A DNA stretch of 64,000 nucleotides from Tubiluchus corallicola (Eukaryota > Animalia > Priapulida), in assembly GCA_030141605.1 (NCBI GenBank), contig JAQGDQ010000086.1, forward strand, positions 429,418 to 493,417. The letters run 5' to 3'. The notes beneath the pieces are model-generated. The model worked only from the letters and a program-made list of their open reading frames with translations, had not been told where the DNA came from and ran no database searches. Shown here one piece after another: positions 50,569-64,000 of the stretch. The translations under genes were made by a program, and so were the position numbers. Each line of letters begins with the position of its first letter. Position 1 is the stretch's first letter.

Positions 50569-53083
50569 CTGCAAGAGAAATAAATAAATTTAAAGATACT
50601 AATTAACAACCTTTTTTTACTTACAGTATTTTCAACTTGTACATCCTTAACTCATTAAGCATCTGTTTGTCAAAATTTCGACAAACAAGTTCACAATAAA
50701 TTAGTGAAGTAGGTCAACATACATTTCACAAATACCAATTTAGTTTTTGGTTTACAAAGAACAGAACATTTTCTTATATAGTGTTACACGTGTATTTGCC
50801 AATACATGTCATTTTATTGTTGTCCAGATGAAGTAAAGTTACCAGATGCCCCGTTTTCCATACAATCGTCCTGGCTCTTATACATTTGCGAATTCTCAAG
50901 AGACTTAGCAGACTTTTCCAGAATTTTGTTTTCATGTACCAGATACATATTACTGCTGTTAAGAACTTAGAATACACTTCAAATTTAAGAGAAAATAAGT
51001 TTCAGTGTAATAATATTATAACTTGCTGAGTAAAATGACATTTCATGAAGACTGTCAACACCAAAGTAAATATGACAGCTTCGATGGCCAAGTTGAAGTT
51101 ATTGTATGATGCCACTATTTAAATTTTTTAAAAATAATAATGATTATGATTCACGACAATTCAAACAAATTTGCTTGCCATGTGGTGCTTGTAACAGACT
51201 AATTCAGTAGGCTACATAAGTTTACGAGCAAGTTGCGGAAGTTAGTACGACATTAATTGTGTAACACTAACAGAACAAAAAGTCGTAAGTTCGGTAGCTT
51301 TTTTGCAAAGAAGCAGAAATGCAGAAATTTTTGCTAAACGCAAATATTCATTCATTCACATAAATTTGCAATAGCTGCCTTTGCAATATAAGCAACCATA
51401 ATTTCAGACGCACTATTGTACCTTATTCTTTATAATGAACGTTAATACGTTTTGTGATTAACATTTCATTTAACCAAAGTTATTTACAAAAATGTCAGTA
51501 ATATCAGCAACTATATTCTTCAAAATGTAACCACCGAGGTTCAAAGTTTTAAAATAATTAAACAAAGAGAGCAATGACCGAGGCAGACCTTTGTTACCAG
51601 CACACAAAGTAACCAGCAAAAAATAATGCGTATTGGCAGAAAGCACTGCAACCAAATAGTTCACATCTAATTGTGAATCTCGTGTTTTAGATTAACACCA
51701 ATATTGGTGTTTTAATTTTGTCCTTAATCGCAAAATCTTAATGAAATTAGCAATTAACCTGCCAATTAAATTCACTAAACTCTAATCAGCACAGCTCAAA
51801 ATTTCATAACAAGCAAAAAAAGAGTGCAATGACCTGAATAGATATTTTGTCTAGCAAAGTGTTCATCAAATACAAAAATTCCTGTCATGTTTGTTTTGTT
51901 GTCTGCACAATGTTTTTGAAATGTTGTGTGTGGATTTCAAATTTTTAAAGTACTGGCTGCGGGACAAGAGATAAAACATCGACAGGTTTTGGCGATAAAT
52001 TAACAGATTTGAAAAAAATAATTATGATCACAAAATGTCAGTGATAGCTTTAATGAAAAAGGCGGTTTGCGAAGTTTGTTAGGAAAGTGTGCAAAAAGTT
52101 TGAGGGTTTCATTAAAATTAATGGAAAATGTGCTGTAGGTCATGATGGATTGATTAAATTTTAGTGATGATGTAAATTTTAGTAAATGAGGAAAGAAACT
52201 CTTAATGATTAAACATGATTTTGCTTGGGGGAAATTTCAGCGTGATGCTATGGCAATTAGTATGTGCTACAATATAAACAATTTGATAGGCACAGCCAGC
52301 ATGACTACTGCTCCTGAGTGAAAACTTGTAGTGTTAAATTGGCAGTCTTGTGCTCACAGAAGTGCATTTATCATCTTATCAGTTATTATTATAGCGCAGT
52401 TATTATGTCTGAAGTCATACTGTTGATGTTCTGATGTTCATTCCAATACCAAACAATGTGTCCTGAAGAAATAACGAAATGTAAGCACGTTCTTTGCATC
52501 ATTAATGGAAAAAATATCCCGCAACAATTGGGATGTTCCGTAATCTAAACAAGAAAAAAGTTGTACTGCACTGTACCTGCCTTCTTGATTAATTATTTTG
52601 TAATAAGCGAACGTTTTCATCATAATTCATACCTAACAGCAAGATTTACTAGTGCAAGATATAACACCAGAGCAATAAAACTATTAATGGAATTCGTTAT
52701 CAATGCTATTGATGTGCACAACTCACGTCAATTTCATTTCTGCTACTATTATCACAACAATGTCGACTACCATCACGGGCAGGGCATTTGCAATTTTGAA
52801 TAATAATGCTCACCCAATAGATGCCAATTAACATCAATGTTAAAGAGTAACAAAGTTAGCTAGTGCAAGTGCATTCAACTTGTCATTGTTGGTTCCTAGC
52901 GATGAATAGCTGTCTAGCACGATTTCAACAGAATGAATTGTTTGACCAGAAAACATTGAATTTGTAAATCTCAGCAGGTGTGGCTTTTTCGGCACTAACA
53001 ATTGCAAAGTCCGTACTTTATGACATTAGTTCTAATTTATTTTGTGAATACAAGATGTTCTAAAGTTTATCTTAACTCATTAA

Positions 53084-53579
53084 CAGGGCTCGTACTCTAA
53101 ATTTCAAAAATTTAGAATTTAGGACATTATTCTAAAAAAATATAGGACATTTTTTGAAAAATATATAGGAATTATAGGTCATTTTTCCTTAAAAAGGAAA
53201 ATTTATAACCTTACACTACAGCGATTTTCACAATTTCTTTGCATAAGTAAATGATTTTTTCTACCTGTAACAGGAGAGCATTCTTTGGTTGAAGTTAGTA
53301 TTGCCATTGAGCAGCTTATACATTGAGCGACAGACAACTGTTATTTACATTCTATAAAATGATCAAATCATGAAGATATGTACTTATAATATCTAATTGT
53401 AGTTATGCGATTTCACATAACATTCACATTTCATTGAGAATTCATGATTTTATGGGAATTATAGGACATTTTTATAGTTGTATCAAGTTTTATAGGAATT
53501 ATAGGACATAACCCCAAAATATAGGAATTATAAGGCGTTTTCAAAAAATATAGGAATTATAGGATGAGTACAAGCCCTG
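53084..53579. mobile_element. MITE with CAGGG termini and TATAGGA subterminal repeats (hAT-like)
   Basis: CAGGGCTCGTACTC ... GAGTACAAGCCCTG (13/14); many (t)ataggaattataggac motifs; possible 6-bp TSD cattaa/tattaa. Confidence 0.75.
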
Positions 53580-56500
53580 TATTAATAAAAAATGACTGTA
53601 GAAATGTGCGGAATGGCAATGACGAGATAATGATGACGATGACAACGACATTTTATAAACACAACAAAAATCCTGCTTAATATATCATAAAAAACAACAA
53701 AAAATTAAACAGTAGGAAAAACAAAAGACATAATAATTACTGCAGAACAAGTCACGGCTGAGACTTTACCATTCAGATATAATCCTTACTTTCACTTGCA
53801 AATGAACTGTGAAAAAAACAAAAAAATTCATGCTCCAATTGGGAAATCTGACTGTTCTCGAGATAAGCTTCGACTAGCTTGGAAAAATCAAACACGTAGG
53901 CTTGCACACAGAAAACAGGCTAGTTATATCTTGCTGGTGCTATTAATCGGACCAATAATTCACAAAATAAGCAACAAAGTTTTGAGACTTTTATAGATAA
54001 CAAAAGCATTGATATACATCACACCATGCCATGCCCCACTTGACAGTCATATGGTTTTATGAGAATCAGTAGCTTCCATAAAAGTAGAACAAATTTAGAA
54101 GTAGTCTAGAAATTTAGAATTTGTTGATTTATTAAGTGCTTCAAAGTGGAATGTGCCAATAATGTGCTAGGACGGGTTTGACTATTACAGAGAAAACTGA
54201 ACTGGAATAGTAGATTGGACTAATTGGGCTGCACTTGTAAGGAGTGGATTAGGCTGGATTGGAATGGACTGAACAATACGGGATGTGATTTACTATTATT
54301 ATAAGGCATTTATTAGTTTAGAAAATCTGAAAAATTTATTGCACATACAGTCGAAGACATAAAGCCCATTATTTGAAGGGACACGTTTTTTAGACGATAA
54401 TGTAAAAAAATATTGAACATGATGATACTCTCGAAATGAATTAAGATACAGTGACAGAATATGAGGCGGATGTGTGGTGAAGGACTTAAGGGAATTTGGG
54501 TAGTGACGAACCAGATCTCACTACACATTGGAAGTTTTGGACGGTAAAATAGCAGTCTGCAAAACTTTACTGCACATAACGGGCTGCACTGATGGGAATT
54601 CCAGTTACAATTAACCAGCAACATTCCAAAACCTATTTACCAAGCTTTTGATTACTGGCTTTTGTAAACAAGTGAAGATGATGGTCTCCTGTGGTATTTT
54701 CGCGTATGTCTCTCAGCACGTCATCTATTATTTATCTATCTTTTCCAAGTTAGTTTCACAATACATGCAAAATAATAAAGCCAGCGCTCTCGTATAAATA
54801 ATGAAATGTAATTTTGCTTGCAGCGTATGCAGTTATTATCAACTGAATCGATGCCTTTGTTGCGTTATGCGAGTACCTATTCTAATTAATGTCGCCTGAA
54901 TGGGTGGCTTCGCTACAGATAATGGCCTAGTAGCGCAATGAAGCCATGCAATCCAGACTGCCTACGTTGTAGTAAGGTTTGTCTTCATTTTTATCTTTAC
55001 AGGAAACCACAAAGCCCTAGATACAGGTAAGGATCTTGTGGCTAACGAGAAGGAAAATAGCTCCTAAAATTCCCATCAGGACGGATGATTAGGCTCTCCT
55101 ACACGACTGTTGGGAGTCACTTGGTATCATTCAATCTTAATACAGGAAGAAATAAGATGTGCTTCAGTCGAATTTAGTAAATTACTAGAACGACTATGAC
55201 GTGAAATGAATTAAGAATAAAGGCTATTATCTTCACAAACGGTCAAATATCCAGTTACTCAAAAAATCGCACACTTCTAAGAAAATCAGTACGAGCTTCC
55301 CTTTTTTCTCATTATTTCCCTCATTCTAAACTTTTCTTCACCTACACATAATTGGCTTGTTGTTCCTTGCACGTGACACTACATGTAACTTTAACCATAA
55401 CATAACAACCACTAAATCTATAAACTTGTAACTTTCTCACCCAAAATCTTATGTACAGTAATATCAAGCACTGAAATTTAATTTTGTAGAGCACTTGCTT
55501 CTAATATTATTGTAATACAAACTTCGAATAGCATATTTTTTTCTGCACAAACCGATACATATATAATACATTTGTACAAGATTTAGCTTTTTCTATAATC
55601 AATTGCTGACCAGTTGACTTACAAGAAAGCCCAATTATCTGTTTTCCAATGAAAGAAAATAAATTGAAGCCATCTTTTGACCACAAATTAAAGCACGTGT
55701 AGAGTCAAACTTTGCAATTAATTTAATGAGCGTCCATAACCAGTTTTACCTGAACTACGCTTATCTGATCTTCGATTGAAAAATGCAGCATACAAAATTT
55801 TTTCGTGAAGAGAGACGTTACAACTCTTTTCTGCCAAATTCCTGATAAGCTAAAGTGTTGAGCCATCAATTACAGTCAGTCTATCTGTCTCATCCGTCTC
55901 TTTTCTAAACAAATGCGAAAGAATTAATCGAACAGAACTAAACCTGTCAGCCTCAGCAATCGAAGAAAGATCAGTACAGCTTCGGCAAATGGTCAGGATT
56001 CGTCAGTGACGTCACAACGATTCAGGCTTCTCTGGGGGATCGGTCAAATACCTACTATGACGCAAATTGGTACTTGACGAAGTTCTGATTACTTTTAAGC
56101 TTGGCAACCAAGTCCCATGTGTACAATTTACAGAAACGAACAAAGAGTGAAGCCATCTCTTCCTATCTGTCGCTGTGAACGACCGAAAATCATAAAAAAA
56201 TTACATTTAATTTGCATTTAGATTAATAACCTGTAAAACCGCTGTTACTGTAGTAGATATGACTTCTATCTATATGTTACCTATTCTAAAAATGGGCTTA
56301 ACCTAACAGTGAACAGCTTGCTCTAGCTTTGCTATGTTCTGTACTACTAGTTGGCTGTTACAAGACGTTACATGCAGACATCTTTTTACTTATATTTCTG
56401 TTGAAACTCCTACATCAATGAACGTTTAAAGTATATCGTATTGTTATACCACAAAATTGGTAGCAGAGAGTAATTTGCTGCTAATCAAAGGGCTGACGTT

Positions 56501-57714
56501 ACTTGATTGCAGTCTATCGTCTACTCGCTAGAAATCTGTCTACCGGGTAAATAATTTCGAGCATTTTCGTAATAACTAATTATCGTCATTACTTCTTGTG
56601 GTCAAAGAGTTGCAAGTAGGTTGACACGTGACAGCAGCGAACGTTCGTGGTGCATAAACTGTTATAGCTTTTGTCAACAGGACACTATCTCGACTCCCCT
56701 TGCCTCTCTTCCTCCTGCGCTTTTTCTCGTTGTCATTCCGCTCTTCCTATACTCCCAGTTCCTGCTCTACACACTTATTAACAACTAACACGCTAAATAA
56801 TTAGTCCCAGACTATCAGAACTCGCAATTTCCTCATCTGTCAACAGTTGAAAAACTGTGTCAAGCCTTCAATATTTGATCTATCCGGGATTAGTGTCAAT
56901 TTCCCAATGAAACAGATCCGCGAAAAAAATGCAGGAATTTCGGGAAAGTTGGAGAGAGGCGTATTAAGAGTGAAATATCTGCGGTGTTCCTTTACACCTC
57001 GCTGTACAGAGTAATTCAAAATAAATATTCAACTCAGTCATTGTGTTTGGGGCTACAAAGCTGGTCGATTTGCCCAATGAACTCGTGCATTAAAATCGGG
57101 AGGTAATTGGTGGACTTCGTGACGTTTCGTAAACACCACGTGGCTTTATGCACGTGCTGCTCAGGCTAATTCAAACTTCTGCACATGCAAAAATATCAAA
57201 AAATTAGCTATCCATTTTTTCCGTAAAACATACTTTTGACGGAAATTGGCAGTGCACCACTTTTCTTCATCCGATGAATGACGTCATTGGTGGAAGAATG
57301 GTCGTTCAAAATGGAAGCACCCAAGCGTGAAAGACTGATTTTATCAATTATACGGGGCGCTTGTCACACTTTCATTACCAAATCTTTCAAACACTTTTTG
57401 CGAGCACTGAAATAGGGCCTAACCTCCCAGGAGGCTTGGCCTTTCCTTTAATGGCTTGGCTGGAGAGTTCATCATCACTAGTCAACTGGCTTACCCGGTC
57501 AATATTAGTCCATCGGTCAACAAATAACTATTACAGATTTATGTTTGTTTATAGTCTGGTTCTGTGTCAGCGATATACAGTTAACAATAGTTCGCTAATG
57601 ACGGTATGAATAATCAGCAGAATTAATAATAAAGGACAATGAATCTAGACTGATTTCCAAAATTAAGAGACTAATGACAAAAATAGTTACTGCGTCTAAA
57701 CCTTAGAGATGCAA

Positions 57715-58240
57715 AAGCGTTTCTGATAATCATAGATTAAAACTTAACTAATGGCAGGCGAGCCCAACTATTGATGACCTCACAAACTAACATAATTTTC
57801 AACAGCAAAAATGTTCCACGAGCGTGTTGCATTTGTTTGTGAAAACGAAAATTGAAAAATTGTGCTACTGTAAGATATTTAGTGTGTTTTACTAAAAGTA
57901 CGCAGTTTTAAGATAAAAAATCAAATTTCAAATTTACCGCTGTGATCACGCATGAGCAGTTGAACGCGTGTAGTTCCTCGCAAACTAACGCATCTGAACT
58001 GAGAGGTACAGCAACCTGTTTTTGTGCAATGGGTTTCCGAAATGCAGGTGCCAGTGCCCGTCTAACTAGCGAATGGCGAAATGCATACAACAGTGAAGAA
58101 ATAATGGTACGAAAGCGAAATTTTGTTTGTGTGGTAAACTTTGTTTCACGTAAACTATTTTTCTAAAGAAAGAGTGTTTCCTTTCAATATTTTAAAGAGT
58201 ACATTGTCTTGATCAACAGTTTAAGATTGAGTCCGGTTTT
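57715..58240 (+). mobile_element. Kolobok-like family copy
   Basis: Colinear with 23850-24360 and 5022-5527; ends ttaagattgagtccggtttt. Confidence 0.7.
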
Positions 58241-61200
58241 GTATTAAGGAAAAAACGCCTCCAATGTTTCACTTTTCTGAAAATTGATACCAATCTATTA
58301 TAAGAATGCAGATAAGATTCAAAACAAAAGTACGAACGAAAGAACACTTGCTGTTTAATACTTGACTGACATTATCATAAAGAAGTAAATGAATTTCAAA
58401 TTGTGACCAATACGACATCTGTCAGTCGTTCAAATTGGTAAGGGTGAACGAACGCTCAAATTCGATTCGATTCGAATTCGTCTTTTGGTAGAGAATACAC
58501 AGTTTTTCGTTTGCCCCTACAAATTGCAGACCTGGAAGAAGGTGCAACAAGACATGCAAGAATGTCAAGTTCACATTGTAGCTGCCTAGTTTCTTCGGCA
58601 GGCAACACAGATTTTACTCAAACCTATTTTTAGGGCAGCGCCGAGGATTCTGCTGCTTTCTTTTCACCCTGATTATTTACGTTGTTTACTCTTTTCACCC
58701 GAAACTGTTTTTGCAGACTCGCTTAGCTACAGCTCCGCGAGTTATTTTGTGTTTTCTCTGCGAACAGCGCTGCAAGTTATTTTGTGTTTTCTTTGCGTTC
58801 ATTCCGCCTCTGCAGAGCCTGGCAGACGATGCATTTAGCAGCGCAAATGTTACTGTAAACTATAACTGGCTTCAGCTTCGGCTAGTGTACCAACCGATGC
58901 GGGCGTCGTAGAGCCTTGCCGAGCGCGGAAGCCAAAACTGACTTCTCTCTCTACAACTTTCTGCTGTACGGAAGTTTATAATTACATATTAAACATGTGA
59001 TTTTGCAACGGCAAAGACCTTTGTACGAAAACCGGGCTTCGTCTCCTACACATATGGAAGTATACAAATTTTGTACCTAACAGGCTTGTAAGGCCCTTTC
59101 CCCTACGACTGACGTTATTAATGCCCAACATGGTTTTCCTTTTTTCTACCAAATGTACTTACGGGAACTTAACTGTAGCAAAACATGACTTCTTTCTTCT
59201 ACAAGACTGGAGATACGCTCTCAAACCCGTAAAAGCTTAGTGGTATTAATTTATTGACTTCATTTTTCTGCATTTTTCTACGAAAGTCAGACTAAATACG
59301 GCCCTTTTCCATGTTCTTTCTTATAAAACCATAACTTCTGTTTGCCAAAAACGATGGAAGCTATCGCATTAAGCACGCCTCTTTATTGCAAAACGACGGA
59401 AGGAATTAAACCAGACTTCTTTTTCCAAGCATCATTCCCCCTTTCGTATCTCTCTCTCACACACACACTCCCTCCCTCCCCCTCTCTCTCTCCTTTCCCT
59501 CTTCTTATCCCGCTTTCAAGTCTTTTAAGTCTTCTAAGACAACTGCTAATTCGAAGAGAAAGCTAATTGCGCTAATGAAATCGAGTAATTAATAATCCCG
59601 AAAAATATAACTTTTTAGTAAGATTGGCTTCAGGAATTACTCGGCGAAATTCCCGAACGTGCGTCATAATTATATAGAAAAAGCAGTGGGTTTTAATTCA
59701 GTAAATCCCTTTCCAAACTGACTAGAGAACAGAGCAAAAGTTCAGCGTCTCATTCTACCCAAACCAGCGGAAGTACGACGACGCTGCTCAGAAAAATGTC
59801 AATTATTTTGCTATAAGTTCGGTTTTATGAGCCACATGTGTTGTAGGGTTATTGATTTTCTTTGTCAATAAGAGAATTTTCCTGTTCCTTTATATTTATA
59901 TTTATATTTATTGTATGCAATGCTAAGGCGTACCACTTCCTTGTTTGGAGTCGACTCGGACACTGATCTAGTAATTGCTGTCGATCCATCCGCACACCAG
60001 AAATGTCCCTTGGTAAAAAAGCTTCCTAGTTTAGTGAAGCATTAGCTGTTAAAAATATAATAAAAAAGCTGATACTCGCAGTAACTCACTGGCAGTCATT
60101 CAGTAAACTCTCTGACTAGGTCGCTCTCTTGAACTGCCTTTAAGTTTGGCAAACTTGGCTCATTGGAAGAAGTTGTCTCTCAGCACATATCTTTTATCAT
60201 TGTATGGTATTTGGAACAGTGAAGTTAGAAAAGTGAGCCATCTTAAAATAAACACGTCGAACACAAAACCTGCTGAACAATGCTTTTTCTCACAACGCAA
60301 TGTACTGCCAAACGATGGTCACAGAGAACAGTAACCAAGAGCTACAATAACAAATGGAACTACCCACGTCAAGGTCACTGTGCAGTGGAATTTGGCAAGG
60401 AGGAGAGGTGGCCGTTCGACACGATGACATGTTGCCAGGCAGAACCTGGGGCAATGGTAAGTTAAGTTACCAGAGAACATCTCTTCTCGCGTCCACGGAT
60501 TTCTATTTTCGACAAGTGGTAACTGACTGTCCCAAGAGAAATGAATTCACTGACAAAATTTCAAAATTAGTTTAGCGGCTTCATCCACGTTCAGAGAAAC
60601 ACATGAGACGTGTTCACAATAGTTCTTATCAGGGAGAGTAATTGGCTTCGTGCGAGTTTAACCTTAACCTTGGCATATAAGTCACTTTTCCGTACATTAA
60701 AGGAAAACCGACGATTGATTAGACTCAATCTGACTTTAATTTACTGTCCAAGCAATACATTTTCTTGCATATAAAAGTTAGCAATTGTTTCTAATATTTG
60801 AATAATTACCGTGGACAGTTAATTAACGGGAACCGAACACAGCTATAGGTTACGTCACAAACTAACCACAGTTTCGGCAATGGTAGGCATCTTCTGTGTG
60901 CGTCGAGCATGTCTGCATAAGCGAAGATTGCTATAAGATGCTGATATGATGTAACGAAAATGAGCTTTTCGACACATTGATGTCACACACGAACACGGCA
61001 GTTCACGATCGTGCTTATCACGGTGCTGCGCCTATTTGTCGGCCACGCGAATGAGACAAAAGGCACCATTGGCAGACTAAGTGGATTTGCTCAACCGCGC
61101 GCAGCTTTGAAAGTTTAACAAAATTTAACCATCAGAGGCAATTATTATTTAACCTAAAATCTGATTTAAAAAGCTATTGCAGTTTTCAGTACTTTAGAGC

Positions 61201-61734
61201 ATACTTTATTTTTAGTTTATCCAGTCATTTTAAACAAGTCACCTGATTGCATGGAATAAAAACATGGGGAACAATTTACGCACTTGTTGGAATCGAACTC
61301 TGAGTTAAGGCATTACGGTTTCTGTGCTCAATCTGGCAGACATGCATCTAATCTCTGAAAGTATTTTACGGTTTGCTGTGGCGAACACATAATCTGATTA
61401 GGGTGAAACAGCAAACTATAGGCGTGGTGGAGATGTAAATATTTTCCTATTATATAGCCTCTATTGGCGAGAAATCCAATGGGCTTCGGGAGGTAATGGC
61501 TCTCTTATTGGCTTCAGGAAGTAATGGTGCTTTATTGGACCGCAAGAAGAAAATACAAGCACTGCGAGATTCCAGCTCAGATAGGTTAGAGTTATTGCTG
61601 GGAAAAATCAAAAACAGACCAGAGACAAAATGCTATACAGAATAACAAGCAAACTGGTGGAGCCAACAGAGTGTAGAGACCACAGTAGGGGCGCTGATAT
61701 CGGCACAAAGAAAACATGGAGCATATCACAGAGG

Positions 61735-62170
61735 AAACGAGGAAGGAGACATCGAAAAAAATAACAAAGAAAGAGGAGAGAAACAGAAAGGAACGAAGAT
61801 GAGGGGCGAAAGAGTGTGAAGGGGAGAGAGAGAGAGGGAGGGAGGGAGAGAGAGGGCGAGAGAGAGTGTGTGTGAGAGAGAGAGAGGGAAGGAGGAAAAG
61901 AGGGGAGAGAGAAAGGGAGAGGGAGGAACAAAAAGAGTGAGAAGACGAGATTCAAATTATTAGGCCCGTGAGTAGCCATGTTTTTGCACAGAGGAGGAAA
62001 TATCCCTGTTTCTTAATGAGATAGTGACAGAAATTGATTGAAAGTGCAGGAAAAAGAAAGAAGGGAGAGAAGGAAGTATGGAGAGAGATACGCGACAGTG
62101 AAAAGTTGAAAAAGTAAGATGAAAAAGAATTGGGGCTAAACAGGAGATGAAGCAAAGAAAATACGAAAGC
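61735..62170. repeat. AG-rich low-complexity tract
   Basis: Direct reading. Confidence 0.8.
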
Positions 62171-62754
62171 AGGAAAGAAGGTACAAAATAATACAGGTAG
62201 AAGTCAGTAAGGTGTTTTACGCATAGTATATATAGTACTACGGTATGGTACTATGATATACACACACACACACACGCACACGCACACGCACATGCACACA
62301 CACGCATATACACTGTTTGCGAAATTATATCTCCAGAATTGTAATAACTATTTGCACATTTTTTACATTTACATAACACAGCAAAGGCTGAGCCACTTCT
62401 TATTCCAGACAGTCTACATCTTTTTGAACATTTTATACACAGTGAAATTGCCTTATGTCTACGGAGCTTGATAACCTCTATATAGATCATATGGCAGCCA
62501 GCCATCTTAACTGATTAAAGCAGCATGTGAAACTCAACATGTCAACTGGCGAAGGGCGATAATTATTTCTAAACTATACCAGTATGCTTCAGTTGCTATC
62601 AAGACAGAGGCACTGAATGACAGACAACGGCCTGAACATTGAAGCTTTGAGCTTTGTGGCTCTGAAGACATAGTAACCTCCTCAATAAAGATAACAAATT
62701 TTATTATGAGATGTATTCTTGAGAAAGACAGAGAGACAGAAACAAAAGAAGACG

Positions 62755-62755
<1 letters not shown>

Positions 62756-62820
<65 letters not shown>
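62756..62820. repeat. (AG)n microsatellite, about 32 units
   Basis: Direct reading. Confidence 0.95.
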
Positions 62821-62825
<5 letters not shown>

Positions 62826-64000
62826 CGACAAAGAGAGAAAGAAGGAGGTAGAAAGACAGCCAGAGAAAGAAGTTAAAGCCATTAGGCCTCTGAGTAGGCC
62901 AGCATGCGTTTGCATAATAGACAAATTGTAAAGAAACTATATAAGCTTACAGAAATCTGACAACTAGTTTCATCTGCTTAAAATGAAAATGAAACATAAT
63001 AAGTGAAGTCACCATGTCCTCAAGCAAGGCCCTTCTCTCGCTATTCGTAAATTTTTGCAAAGTGCTGCAGCTGTGCACGATATTTGGATGCTTTTAAAGT
63101 GCAACTTAAAAGCCGATCAAGAAGTCATTAATCCTGAGAGAAAGTTCGGTCTGAATGCAAGTGGTAAACCATTTAAAATAGTGCCACCATTTATCAACTG
63201 CCAAAGTAGTGGTTTTTTCCACAAAGCAATGGTTCGAACTCACAAGAAAAGTTCAGTATTAAGCTTGAGAGTTTTTCTTAATCAGTAAAAACGAATTTAA
63301 TAATCACTTTACTTCAAGAAGCCATTCGTCATTGGCGCTACTAAAAGGAGTCATTCATGGTACTTGGTGATTATGCTTGGGTTGCCAGAACTCGGAAAGG
63401 GAGAGGCAACTTAATAATACGTGAAGGACATGGAGTCGTCTACTATCGTGCAAACGAACTGACTACATTAAATTTTCATCTCAATTATGTTCCCCTAGGC
63501 GGTGTCAAGAGACCTTTTCTGATAAACACACACAGAATTTAACCAGCTATAATATTTAATGGGCAAGCCATAAATACATTGATAGCCTGTGGGTTATTTA
63601 TTGTACAGTATCAACTAATACAAATTACAAATCAACAACTACCCCTGAAAAGTATATGCCAGCTTTAATTAATTATCCTGACAAGTATATAAGCTGTCAC
63701 TGTATCTTATTCCCTACTTTCTTTGCTAACATCCCTTTTCACTTCACCTCCTGTTTCGTTTGATGTTTATTATTAGAATACGCCTACAGAGGTAATGTAT
63801 CTCATACTCCATACTATTTTTAGTATAATTAAGCTGATTATAATCCACTGTATTTTTTACTTTCCTGTTTCGAAACCTGTTTGTTTATTGAGTTTTAGGT
63901 GAAGTTCGATGGAATCTGGCCTTTCGTTTCTTGCTAGATGGTTTTTCTCTTTAATTTGAGTGTGTTCTATTGCTAGATGTTTTCTGTAGATCTATATCTA

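Noticed and set aside
52449-52543. Strong acceptor followed by an open 95-nt phase 0->2 segment (ITEHPNCCGIFFPLMM...)
   Set aside because: Weak donor (gtattg) and no similarity to S1; probably chance.
59934-60045. Exon-like segment with ATG (MDRQQLLDQCPSRLQTRKW) as a possible S0/N-terminal exon
   Set aside because: No hydrophobic S0 helix follows, there are stops in all frames after the best acceptor, and the phase does not join the S1 exon.
62682-62931. RE-repeat and SL-repeat ORFs, and similar ORFs at 14176, 20323, 25809-26082 and 61608
   Set aside because: They are translations of microsatellites and low-complexity DNA.
50569-64000. Search for the S0-S1 exon (KDWAGELISGQT-like)
   Set aside because: Not found by eye; it probably lies beyond 64000, making this one intron of more than 13 kb.

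Overview
This is AT-rich eukaryotic (invertebrate animal) genomic DNA, not prokaryotic. The whole window lies inside one large minus-strand gene: a Slo1/BK large-conductance Ca2+- and voltage-activated K+ channel (slowpoke/KCNMA1 family). I traced 15 GT-AG exons by hand with consistent phases, from S1 (50568) through S2-S6, the TVGYGD pore, all of RCK1 and the CxxCH haem motif to the start of the RCK1-RCK2 linker (8838). I found no S0/N-terminal exons or RCK2/Ca2+-bowl exons, so they presumably lie beyond the window ends. The most notable feature is a tandemly duplicated, apparently mutually exclusive pair of S1-S2-loop/S2 voltage-sensor exons (44933-45026 and 44293-44395) with opposite loop charge. 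Also notable are an Asn->Ala change at the inter-subunit Ca2+-bowl ligand position and several candidate in-frame cassette or micro-exons in the RCK1-RCK2 linker introns. The introns hold many non-autonomous DNA transposons (TA-, TTAA- and 8-bp-TSD types), LINE scraps, a 32-bp minisatellite of about 41 copies, and microsatellites. Nearly all supplied ORFs are spurious or are single-exon fragments. Homology calls come from recalled Slo1 sequences, not from a database search.
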